DNA of 26,313 bases from a virus (lineage: Duplodnaviria; Caudoviricetes), in IMG/VR virus record IMGVR_UViG_3300033273_000148, positions 1 through 26,313 of that record; one strand, 5' to 3'. This document shows, piece by piece, positions 8,511 to 15,411 of the stretch. The notes under the pieces are model-generated. The model was not told the origin of the DNA. It worked only from the letters and a program-made list of their open reading frames with translations, and ran no database searches. Position numbers and translations under genes: made by a program. Each line of letters begins with the position of its first letter. Within the stretch, counting starts at the first letter, position 1.

Positions 8511-9044
8511 ATGAATTATATTGAAGCGTGCTCTAATATCATTGGTAATCATGATGTCACTTTTACTGAAGATGATATTATAAACTTTATTAAAATGAGA
8601 CGTAGATGGCCTCATGGGACCTTAAGTGTTATCAATTACACTCATGGAAAGAATAATTATGTTTATGAATGTGATGGATATCTAAATTATCCTAAAGTAA
8701 AAGAGTTGTATGATTTGGGATTTACTATTCAAGCACCACATGTTCTGGATCTTACTGAAGAACTTAGAGAATTAAATAGTAAATTATATAAAATTCGCGG
8801 AACTGAAACAGTAGGTAATTTTTATTTTTCAAAAGGAACTACCAATATGGCTAGTTTCCCTCCACACACTCATGATTATAATGTTGTAGTTAAACCAATA
8901 TATGGTCAGGTAGAGTGGTTGGTTGGGGAAGATACTTTTATTGCTGGACCAGGTGATGTTGTATTCATTCCTGCAAAGTGTCCTCATGCAGTTATTAGAG
9001 GTGAAGAACCAAGATTATCGATAACTTTTAATTTAGATGAGTAA
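8511..9044 (+). CDS. Minimal JmjC/cupin-fold protein, paralog 2
   Basis: GNFYFS...SFPPHTHDY...GPGDVVFIPAKCPH...PRLSITFN. Collinear with 7934..8506 (shared LYDLGFT, LDLT..LRELN.KLY.I.G, VKPIYG). Confidence 0.75.
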   Translation: MNYIEACSNIIGNHDVTFTEDDIINFIKMRRRWPHGTLSVINYTHGKNNYVYECDGYLNYPKVKELYDLGFTIQAPHVLDLTEELRELNSKLYKIRGTETVGNFYFSKGTTNMASFPPHTHDYNVVVKPIYGQVEWLVGEDTFIAGPGDVVFIPAKCPHAVIRGEEPRLSITFNLDE

Positions 9045-9049
9045 AAACC

Positions 9050-9298
9050 ATGCTAGTACGATGCAAATGTTGCAATAGAGAGTTGCAATCTAATTCTATA
9101 AAGACTGTTGTTTGTGGTTGTTCTAATTCTCTTCAACTTAGAGGAGATGTGATAACAGCTGTTGATTTATCTAAGGTCATTATCGTGGAGGGACCTACGG
9201 ACAATAAAAAACCAGACACGCTATCAAGAGAAGATAGGGTCTGGCAAGAGAACCGACGTAAACGCAAGGTTCGTAAATTAGATTTTGATGTCAGATAG
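9050..9298 (+). CDS. Small Cys-rich (zinc-ribbon-like) protein
   Basis: CKCC ... CGC motifs and basic C-terminus. Confidence 0.7.
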   Translation: MLVRCKCCNRELQSNSIKTVVCGCSNSLQLRGDVITAVDLSKVIIVEGPTDNKKPDTLSREDRVWQENRRKRKVRKLDFDVR

Positions 9299-9896
9299 GA
9301 TGCATATCTAGGTCTTCACCGATGATTGCATATTGCATACCATCTGACTTTACTTCTCCAAACTTGAATACTTTTTTAGAGAGTATGCTTCTCTGGAATG
9401 TCCCCTCTTGTTCTGATTCTGGGTTGAATCCCTTATCAAATTTAATTCCTAGTGGGTGAGACACAATGATGTCACCTGGTTGTGCATGAATTCCTTCCAA
9501 CCACTCACCCTTAAGAATTAACTTCCTGAATCTTTTAAAACCAGATACGAGAATTCTAGATCTTTCTGATGCGGTAAATTCAGTGGGGTCGATAACATAT
9601 TCTGCTTCCCATCCCATCTCACCAACTCTTCCAGGCTCACCATATTTGATGTTGGTAATCAGGTCATGCATCTTCCTATCAACGTCTTCTCTTGCAAATC
9701 CAGACATAAAAAGTGTCTTCAATCCTACAGCAAGGTAACTCTTCTTACTGTAATATGGGACAATGAATGGACAAAGGTTTATTTGCTTACCGCCCGATAT
9801 ATAGGGAATTTTGATTTGTAGTTTGTCACCAGGTTCAAACAATTCTTCATCGGTAAAATAACCCATTTCCGATAAATACTTATCAATAACTTGCAT
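9291..9896 (-). CDS. Hypothetical protein (counter-oriented)
   Basis: 201-aa ORF with no competing + strand ORF. Extended -10 TGcTATAAT on the minus strand at 9918-9926. Confidence 0.75.
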   Translation of the reverse strand: MQVIDKYLSEMGYFTDEELFEPGDKLQIKIPYISGGKQINLCPFIVPYYSKKSYLAVGLKTLFMSGFAREDVDRKMHDLITNIKYGEPGRVGEMGWEAEYVIDPTEFTASERSRILVSGFKRFRKLILKGEWLEGIHAQPGDIIVSHPLGIKFDKGFNPESEQEGTFQRSILSKKVFKFGEVKSDGMQYAIIGEDLDMHPI

Positions 9897-9974
9897 TAGA
9901 TTGACACAGTTTTGATTATTATAGCATGGACTTAAAGGTTAATCTTTATTATATATTTGTATCAACACGATACG

Positions 9975-10003
9975 TTGACATGCAACTATTCCCTATATAG
10001 AAT
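9975..10003 (+). promoter_or_regulatory. sigma70-like promoter
   Basis: TTGACA-17 nt-TAGAAT upstream of ATG 10032. Confidence 0.8.
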
Positions 10004-10031
10004 TTATAAGCAAACGTAGCACTGTGCCTTA

Positions 10032-10283
10032 ATGGATCCATCTACTACATACACGCCTTCTCTTCTTGGAGTTTATTTTCTCCTTTTGATTATTGTGCTA
10101 ATGATAGCATATGGTGGAGTAGAGGGTACGTTGAGAGTCTTTGCATATCTAGATCTTCAATTTAGATTTGCCATAGTCAAAATTCGGATGTTCTTCATTG
10201 AGAGGAAACTGAGAAGGAGACTTATTAAAGACACGGAATACTACACTAAACTCATAGAGGAGATTCAAGATGACCAACGATAG
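10032..10283 (+). CDS. Small membrane protein
   Basis: TM helix LLGVYFLLLIIVLMIAYGG followed by a basic tail. Confidence 0.75.
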   Translation: MDPSTTYTPSLLGVYFLLLIIVLMIAYGGVEGTLRVFAYLDLQFRFAIVKIRMFFIERKLRRRLIKDTEYYTKLIEEIQDDQR

Positions 10284-10533
10284 GCAACTCTCCGACCTCA
10301 AACTTGAGAGGAAGGAATGTCCTAAGTGTGGTGCTGTCTGGATAAATGGAGAGCACCGATGGTCTGGAACAGGTAACAAGGGAAGTGAGTTGGATCTTGC
10401 GGGATTGGTATGTAACACGTTGGGTGACCCCCAATGTATTAATCCTAAAAAAGGTATGGATGGTGGAGATACTTGGGCAAAGCGTTTAGAGGACCTTGAA
10501 AAAAAGAGTGAGCAAAGTGATGTCAATCTTTAA
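10270..10533 (+). CDS. Hypothetical Cys-containing protein
   Basis: CPKCG...VCN...QCIN; overlaps its neighbours in operon fashion. Confidence 0.75.
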   Translation: MTNDRQLSDLKLERKECPKCGAVWINGEHRWSGTGNKGSELDLAGLVCNTLGDPQCINPKKGMDGGDTWAKRLEDLEKKSEQSDVNL

Positions 10534-10744
10534 GAAACCACCTCCACCAGCACCATTGCCAGACTATGCAACCAAAGAAGAAGTGCAGGAGATGATTGAT
10601 GATGCCATACGAAAGCACAATCGTAATGCTTCAATTATTAGTATGTGTGTTGGTTGGTTTGTTCTTGCACTCTTTGCTGAGGGTCTGCTTCGACTTATTG
10701 GAGTGATACCACCATTATTGCCATGGCTCAAGATCACATTATAG
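10520..10744 (+). CDS. Small membrane protein
   Basis: ATG 10520 (MSIFKKPPPP...) in ORF 10496..10744, with a C-terminal TM segment. Confidence 0.7.
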   Translation: MSIFKKPPPPAPLPDYATKEEVQEMIDDAIRKHNRNASIISMCVGWFVLALFAEGLLRLIGVIPPLLPWLKITL

Positions 10745-10911
10745 AATGGATAGGAGTCATTCTCCTATTCCTTTTTGGTATAACAATGATCATACAGGGT
10801 CATTTCATCTATCATCAAAAACATGGATACACCCGAAAAGACACCGAAAGACAAGAAGCAAGAGATCGAGTCAGAAGACAAGTCGAAAAGATCATCAGAG
10901 GAGATCGCTAA
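10723..10911 (+). CDS. Small membrane protein
   Basis: TM segment WIGVILLFLFGITMII followed by a basic tail. Confidence 0.65.
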   Translation: MAQDHIIEWIGVILLFLFGITMIIQGHFIYHQKHGYTRKDTERQEARDRVRRQVEKIIRGDR

Positions 10912-10912
10912 G

Positions 10913-11095
10913 ATGATTCATCCTCATGATGATGAACCTGATCCAACAGCATATATGGGAAACTATAACTTCCCACAAATGTTATTTGCCTTTTGTGTTG
11001 GGTTTTGTACTATGTTTGTCTTGGCAGTTGATGAGATAAATGATTTTAAAGGATGCCCAGTTCCAGAATACTTTTTAAACGAAACCAAAAGATGA
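10913..11095 (+). CDS. Small membrane protein
   Basis: ATG 10913 (MIHPHDDEPDP...), 1 nt after the upstream stop, in ORF 10823..11095; hydrophobic MLFAFCVGFCTMFVLAV. Confidence 0.6.
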   Translation: MIHPHDDEPDPTAYMGNYNFPQMLFAFCVGFCTMFVLAVDEINDFKGCPVPEYFLNETKR

Positions 11096-11265
11096 ATCCA
11101 GACGAGAAGAGAGAATTTTACAAAGGATTAAAGGAGAGAATCAAGCAATTGAGGATGGGTCATCTGTTTGAAGAACCATGTCCTCTATATGAACCAGAGT
11201 GGGAAGAAGATTATGCTTGGGACTGTAGATTGACCTACGATTACGAAGAGGAAGATGCCGCTTAA
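11092..11265 (+). CDS. Hypothetical protein, 57 aa
   Basis: ATGA overlap at 11092 (MNPDEKREFYKGLK...). Confidence 0.65.
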   Translation: MNPDEKREFYKGLKERIKQLRMGHLFEEPCPLYEPEWEEDYAWDCRLTYDYEEEDAA

Positions 11266-11362
11266 TGAATTTTGGGAGTTTGTCTCCTACATGATGTATC
11301 TCTATGTCGCTTGGGTCAGCGGGATTCTTTTGGGATATGTTATCCGCAAAATGGAAGAATAA
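11255..11362 (+). CDS. 35-aa single-TM microprotein
   Basis: Hand translation MPLNEFWEFVSYMMYLYVAWVSGILLGYVIRKMEE with GAGG upstream; fills the gap before 11388. Confidence 0.55.
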   Translation: MPLNEFWEFVSYMMYLYVAWVSGILLGYVIRKMEE

Positions 11363-11387
11363 ATAATCAAACACTTTTTTAAAAATA

Positions 11388-11993
11388 ATGTTTGTTGATC
11401 CTAGTCTTAGTAAAATAGATACTTCGATCTTCACTGATAATTATGGACAGATCAGAGAAGATTATATAAAGATGCGTAATTATGATTTCTTTATTGATTA
11501 TTCTCATACGTATGATTTGACTGCAGATCCCGATGATGACTTCCTGGGGTTTACTCCAACTCTAACTCCAGATAGCCCTTGGAAGGTATGTCCTCTTATA
11601 TTCAATAGGAGAGATATTAAGAGAACTCCGAAGTTATGTAGAGAGTGTTTTACTACGGAGTTGTTCTTAAATGAACCTATTCAACCAGTATTGGCAGTCT
11701 TCTCCATTTTAGAACCAGGAGTAGAGTTAGAACCACATAGTGATGGTGATCAAAGAATTGATCCTAACTATGCAAACTCTAGTGTAATTAAGTTTCACTT
11801 TGGATTGGATGTTCCCCCAAATGGAGATTGTGGACTAGTAGTTAATGGCGAGAAGAGAGTTTTGGAGAATGGAGATTTGAATTTATTTGATGAGAAGTTG
11901 TCCCCTCACTATGCATATAACCAATCGGCATCTCGTAGAGGTGTGCTAATCGTCTCTTACATTAGAGACGAGGTATTGACAGAAGTAGGTTAA
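11388..11993 (+). CDS. Aspartyl/asparaginyl beta-hydroxylase (AspH/LpxO-like) Fe(II)/2OG oxygenase
   Basis: WKVCPL, FSILEPGVELEPHSD (HxD), HFGLDVP, FDE...PHYAYN, RGVLIV. ATAAATA at 11359-11365. Confidence 0.85.
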   Translation: MFVDPSLSKIDTSIFTDNYGQIREDYIKMRNYDFFIDYSHTYDLTADPDDDFLGFTPTLTPDSPWKVCPLIFNRRDIKRTPKLCRECFTTELFLNEPIQPVLAVFSILEPGVELEPHSDGDQRIDPNYANSSVIKFHFGLDVPPNGDCGLVVNGEKRVLENGDLNLFDEKLSPHYAYNQSASRRGVLIVSYIRDEVLTEVG

Positions 11994-12004
11994 TACGATA
12001 CAAT
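11976..12004 (+). promoter_or_regulatory. sigma70-like promoter for tRNA-Pro
   Basis: TTGACA-17 nt-TACAAT, 10 nt before tRNA-Pro. Confidence 0.85.
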
Positions 12005-12014
12005 AACTGAGTGA

Positions 12015-12088
12015 CGGGATGTAGCTCAGTTTGGTAGAGCACTCGCTTTGGGAGCGAGATGCCGCAGGTTCAAATCCTGTCATCCCGA
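12015..12088 (+). tRNA. tRNA-Pro(UGG)
   Basis: Acceptor CGGGATG/CATCCCG, anticodon arm CTCGC-TT TGG GA-GCGAG, T loop TTCAAAT. Confidence 0.95.
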
Positions 12089-12113
12089 TTTTTTATATAA
12101 TCTTTTGTCACAG

Positions 12114-12737
12114 ATGTACGTAGAAAAGTATAAGACTGCTGAGCCCGTAATTCAGGGAACTCATAGAATTGCAGAGCAACCTCTTGTTTATTATCGGGAA
12201 GTCATTCCATCAAAGATCATTGATGTAATGGTAGAAGAACTTCGCGAGATGGAAGAGTTTAATGTTCCATTTGAAGATGCTGAAGTTGGTGGTGATCGTT
12301 TTGGTAAGATGGATCACTCCATTAGAAATTCAAAATTGCATTGGTGGTCAGAAGAGCATTGGTCTACTAGTATTATCTCTCATTACATTGGACTTGCAAA
12401 TAGAAAATATTGGGAGTATGACCTAAATCTTCTTGAGAGTATTCAGATATCTGTTTACAATAAAGACGGTCACTATGATTGGCATAGTGACTATGGTACT
12501 TCTACCAATGGTCAGTTCACTAGAAAGTTAAGTGCTAGTGTTCTTGTTAGTGAACCTACAGATTATATCGGTGGAGAGCTTGAGTTCATTGATTATCATG
12601 GTAATATAGTAAAAGCTCCTAAAGAAAAAGGAACTATTATTGTTTTTGATTCTAGAATTCCTCATCGTGTAACACCTGTAACTCATGGCAGACGAGTTTC
12701 TCTTGTAACCTGGATGTACGGACCTAAGCTGAAATGA
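12114..12737 (+). CDS. Fe(II)/2OG oxygenase, prolyl-4-hydroxylase/PKHD-type
   Basis: YDWHSD (HxD), RKLS, YIGGELEF, FDSRIPHRVTPVTHGRRVSLVTW. Start moved to ATG 12114 because 12048 lies inside tRNA-Pro. Confidence 0.9.
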   Translation: MYVEKYKTAEPVIQGTHRIAEQPLVYYREVIPSKIIDVMVEELREMEEFNVPFEDAEVGGDRFGKMDHSIRNSKLHWWSEEHWSTSIISHYIGLANRKYWEYDLNLLESIQISVYNKDGHYDWHSDYGTSTNGQFTRKLSASVLVSEPTDYIGGELEFIDYHGNIVKAPKEKGTIIVFDSRIPHRVTPVTHGRRVSLVTWMYGPKLK

Positions 12738-13381
12738 TCACACACCCTTGGCCAAGATTTACAAAAGAAGGATTTAAAAAGACAAAGGTCCCTGATGACC
12801 TTTATCTTGATATGGCAGTTGCATACAATCAAGCAAGATTCACTGACATTCAGCAAGACTATTACTACGAAGAGCACTATGGTCATTCTGTTGCTGGTGG
12901 ATCAGTTGCAATGTATGACAACCCAAGACCATTTTATTTGAGAGCAAACATACAACAACACATCTTCCGTCGTTGGGCAAAGAGACTTCAACCAATGATG
13001 GAAGAGTGGTGTGGCGAAGAACTGGAGTTTATTCAGGGATATGGAATACGTTCATACATGAGAGATTCGATCTTATGTGCCCATAGAGACGAAATTCAAA
13101 CTCATATTATTAGTCTTATTGTTCACATTGACGAATATCCTGATGTCAAATGGCCATTAGACTTTATTGATCATGAAGGAAAGCATCATGAAGTGACTTT
13201 TGATAAGCAAGATATGCTAATGTATGAAAGTCTTTGTGTTCATGCAAGATCTACGCCATTCATGGGTGAATACTATAGGAATATGTACTTCCATTGGTGC
13301 CCAGTAGATTGGGATCCTTCTCCATATGAAGAAAATACTTTGAGATATAAAACTATTCAGGAGGCATTAGATGAACTTTGA
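12734..13381 (+). CDS. Fe(II)/2OG oxygenase-like protein
   Basis: YGIRSY, CAHRD (HxD), WPL, LMYES..CVHAR..PF.G; ATGA overlap with the upstream gene. Confidence 0.75.
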   Translation: MITHPWPRFTKEGFKKTKVPDDLYLDMAVAYNQARFTDIQQDYYYEEHYGHSVAGGSVAMYDNPRPFYLRANIQQHIFRRWAKRLQPMMEEWCGEELEFIQGYGIRSYMRDSILCAHRDEIQTHIISLIVHIDEYPDVKWPLDFIDHEGKHHEVTFDKQDMLMYESLCVHARSTPFMGEYYRNMYFHWCPVDWDPSPYEENTLRYKTIQEALDEL

Positions 13382-13547
13382 AGCATTTACTGTGAAGGAA
13401 TGGGAAGAAAATTGGGATGAGTTGTTTGCCAGAGTTGAAAATGGCGAGACTATAGGGGTCATTACTGAGGACGGTTACACAGCTGTCATGGTTCCTGCCG
13501 ATGATGAACTGATTAAACTGTATACTGAACACGACGAAGCATGTTAG
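13371..13547 (+). CDS. Phd/YefM antitoxin-like small protein, 58 aa
   Basis: Hand translation MNFEAFTVKEWEENWDELFARVENGETIGVITEDGYTAVMVPADDELIKLYTEHDEAC, with AGGAGG RBS upstream. Matches the Phd N-terminal pattern. Confidence 0.65.
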   Translation: MNFEAFTVKEWEENWDELFARVENGETIGVITEDGYTAVMVPADDELIKLYTEHDEAC

Positions 13548-13551
13548 TCAT

Positions 13552-13626
13552 GGGACTGTCGCATATTGGTTAATGCGCTCTGCTTATAACGGAGTCAATC
13601 GGGTTCAATTCCCGACAGTCCTACCA
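13552..13626 (+). tRNA. tRNA-Ile(UAU) with encoded CCA
   Basis: Acceptor GGGACTG/CAGTCCT, D stem GCAT/ATGC, anticodon arm CTCTG-CT TAT AA-CGGAG, T arm TCGGG-TTCAATT-CCCGA, ACCA end. Confidence 0.85.
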
Positions 13627-13699
13627 GGGGGATTAGCAATCTGGTGAATGCAGCGAACTCATAATTCGCCTAAGGTGGGTTCGATCCCCTCATCCCCCA
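13627..13699 (+). tRNA. tRNA with CAU anticodon (elongator Met or Ile2)
   Basis: Acceptor GGGGGAT/ATCCCCC, anticodon arm GCGAA-CT CAT AA-TTCGC, T arm GTGGG-TTCGATC-CCCTC (one T-T mismatch). Confidence 0.85.
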
Positions 13700-13700
13700 C

Positions 13701-13729
13701 TTGACGTATAAACGTCATCCTTGTAAAAT
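13701..13729 (+). promoter_or_regulatory. sigma70-like promoter with an overlapping palindrome
   Basis: TTGACG-17 nt-TAAAAT; TGACGT-ATAA-ACGTCA inverted repeat at 13702-13717. Confidence 0.75.
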
Positions 13730-13753
13730 ACTATTGTCAACACTCACAGGACA

Positions 13754-13963
13754 ATGACTATCACGGTAAAGTTCAAGAAGGACATTCAGACTCTTAAGTC
13801 TGCTGCCAATGGAGATTTTTTTCTAGATGTAAAAAATCCCAAACTGTTCAAAAAAGTCCGTCGCTATTATGAGAACACTGGTGTTGTATTCTCTGGTGAT
13901 CCTCTAGATGATTATGATATCCTTATGGAATCACTGTCATCTGATCTTGAATCTGCAGTATAA
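13754..13963 (+). CDS. Hypothetical protein, 69 aa
   Basis: AGGA RBS, immediately downstream of promoter 13701. Confidence 0.8.
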   Translation: MTITVKFKKDIQTLKSAANGDFFLDVKNPKLFKKVRRYYENTGVVFSGDPLDDYDILMESLSSDLESAV

Positions 13964-13996
13964 GTTTCCTAGTTCTTAAAACTAGGTGGTGGAGTC
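13961..13996 (+). ncRNA. Candidate structured cis-RNA (hairpin/pseudoknot + UGGUG; resembles one wcaG-RNA-like unit)
   Basis: Stem CCTAGTT (13968-74)/AACTAGG (13980-86); loop CTTA complementary to upstream TAAG (13961-64); followed by TGGTG. The family resemblance is from recall only. Confidence 0.4.
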
Positions 13997-14012
13997 ACAT
14001 ACCTTTTTAAAA

Positions 14013-14636
14013 ATGCCACAACAAGAGTTTGTAGATCCTAACGAGCAAATCCAATCTAAAGTTGCAATGCATCAGGACTTTATTATGGTCTGGGATGATG
14101 TTGTAGAGGATAGGTTTTGTAGTTGGTTGATTGAATACTTGGAGCAGACTGAATACCTTGCACCTCGACGCCAAAATTATCTCTCTGATAAACAAGTCGA
14201 GATGCATAATTTTTCTCCTGGTGAAGCAGACTATCTGTCTTCACTTGTGGGGCAGTGTGCTCTAAATTATATTGATAACTATCCTTATCTTAGGTCTTTC
14301 CCTTACATGAGTAGCTGTGTAATGCTGCAAAAGACTGGTCCAAGAGAAGGTTATCATGCATTTCATGCAGAAGATTCTACTTGGAATGCACAGATGAGAG
14401 TTTTGACTTGGATGGTTTATCTTAATGATGTTGATGAAGGTGGTGAAACTGAATTCTTATATCAACAACTTAAAGTTAAACCTAAAAAGGGAAGAGTAGT
14501 TATTTGGCCAGGATCATTTACTCATGTTCATAGAGGCAATCCTCCTATGAGTGATAAGTATATTGCTACTGGTTGGTTTGCTGGATGCGTAGGACATGAG
14601 CAAAAAATATTCTCCCCTGTTGGTTCCCCATCTTGA
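14013..14636 (+). CDS. Fe(II)/2OG oxygenase (cyanophage P4H-like family)
   Basis: GYHAFHAE (HxE), RVLTWMVYLNDVDEGGETEF, WPGSFTHVHRGNPP...KYIATGW. ATG 14013 preferred over GTG 13986. Confidence 0.9.
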   Translation: MPQQEFVDPNEQIQSKVAMHQDFIMVWDDVVEDRFCSWLIEYLEQTEYLAPRRQNYLSDKQVEMHNFSPGEADYLSSLVGQCALNYIDNYPYLRSFPYMSSCVMLQKTGPREGYHAFHAEDSTWNAQMRVLTWMVYLNDVDEGGETEFLYQQLKVKPKKGRVVIWPGSFTHVHRGNPPMSDKYIATGWFAGCVGHEQKIFSPVGSPS

Positions 14637-15411
14637 GTGGCATGTAACACACTCATGCAACTTTATGTGTGATGGGTGTGGTCACTATACTAATGATGGG
14701 TACAAACAGAACATAACTCTAGAGACTCTCAGAGAATGGTATCTCCTTTGGAATGGGAGGATCCGTCCTCGGGAGTTATCTTTGTTGGGAGGAGAACCAT
14801 TTCTCAATAAAGAGATTGTAGATATAATCTACATGACAAAAGAAGTTTGGGATATACAAGATGATCAAGAGTATGAGTTGGTATCTAATGGACTTCTATT
14901 TGATAGAACACCTGGAGTTGCAGAAGCATTACTAGACACAAATTGTATTCTTACTATTACAAAGCACTCTGAAGATGAGAATTACTTAAGGTTGTTTGAT
15001 AAGGCAATAGATAAGATAAAGGAATCTGGTGTATCCTTTAGGATACATGATGCAGTGTCTAATTGGATGAAGATATATCATGGTTACAGTAATTCTATAG
15101 AACCCATAGGGAGTGATTCATATCAAGACTCATGGGACAATTGCCCAACAGGACAAGAAAACTTCCAACTCCTGGATGGAAAGATATACAAATGTGCTCC
15201 TCTAGCATACCTGCCATTACAAAAGCAGAAGTATGGTGAGTTACTATCTGATAAGTGGAACCCATATTTAAAATACAAACCATTACTACCGACAGATTCT
15301 GATTTAGATGTCTTGGAATTTTTTACTAGAACTGCCGAACCTGTCTGTTCACTTTGTCCTAAAAATAAAAATTTCTTTAGAAAGACCAACCCTATACATT
15401 CTCCAAGATGA
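14596..15411 (+). CDS. Radical SAM enzyme with C-terminal Twitch/SPASM-like cysteines
   Basis: CNFMCDGC (CxxxCxxC), LLGGEP, VSNG; C-terminal C...GKIYKC...CSLC. Confidence 0.9.
   Translation: MSKKYSPLLVPHLEWHVTHSCNFMCDGCGHYTNDGYKQNITLETLREWYLLWNGRIRPRELSLLGGEPFLNKEIVDIIYMTKEVWDIQDDQEYELVSNGLLFDRTPGVAEALLDTNCILTITKHSEDENYLRLFDKAIDKIKESGVSFRIHDAVSNWMKIYHGYSNSIEPIGSDSYQDSWDNCPTGQENFQLLDGKIYKCAPLAYLPLQKQKYGELLSDKWNPYLKYKPLLPTDSDLDVLEFFTRTAEPVCSLCPKNKNFFRKTNPIHSPR

Noticed and set aside
12048-12113. N-terminal extension of the P4H-like ORF
   Set aside because: The TTG start lies in the tRNA-Pro anticodon loop; ATG 12114 is the plausible start.
13627-13699. Initiator tRNA-fMet
   Set aside because: It has a paired G1-C72 and lacks the three consecutive G-C pairs in the anticodon stem. 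Met versus Ile2 cannot be resolved by eye.
6552-13699. tRNA genes as prophage/island attachment sites
   Set aside because: No integrase and no duplicated tRNA 3' end seen; the context is a lytic T4-like genome.
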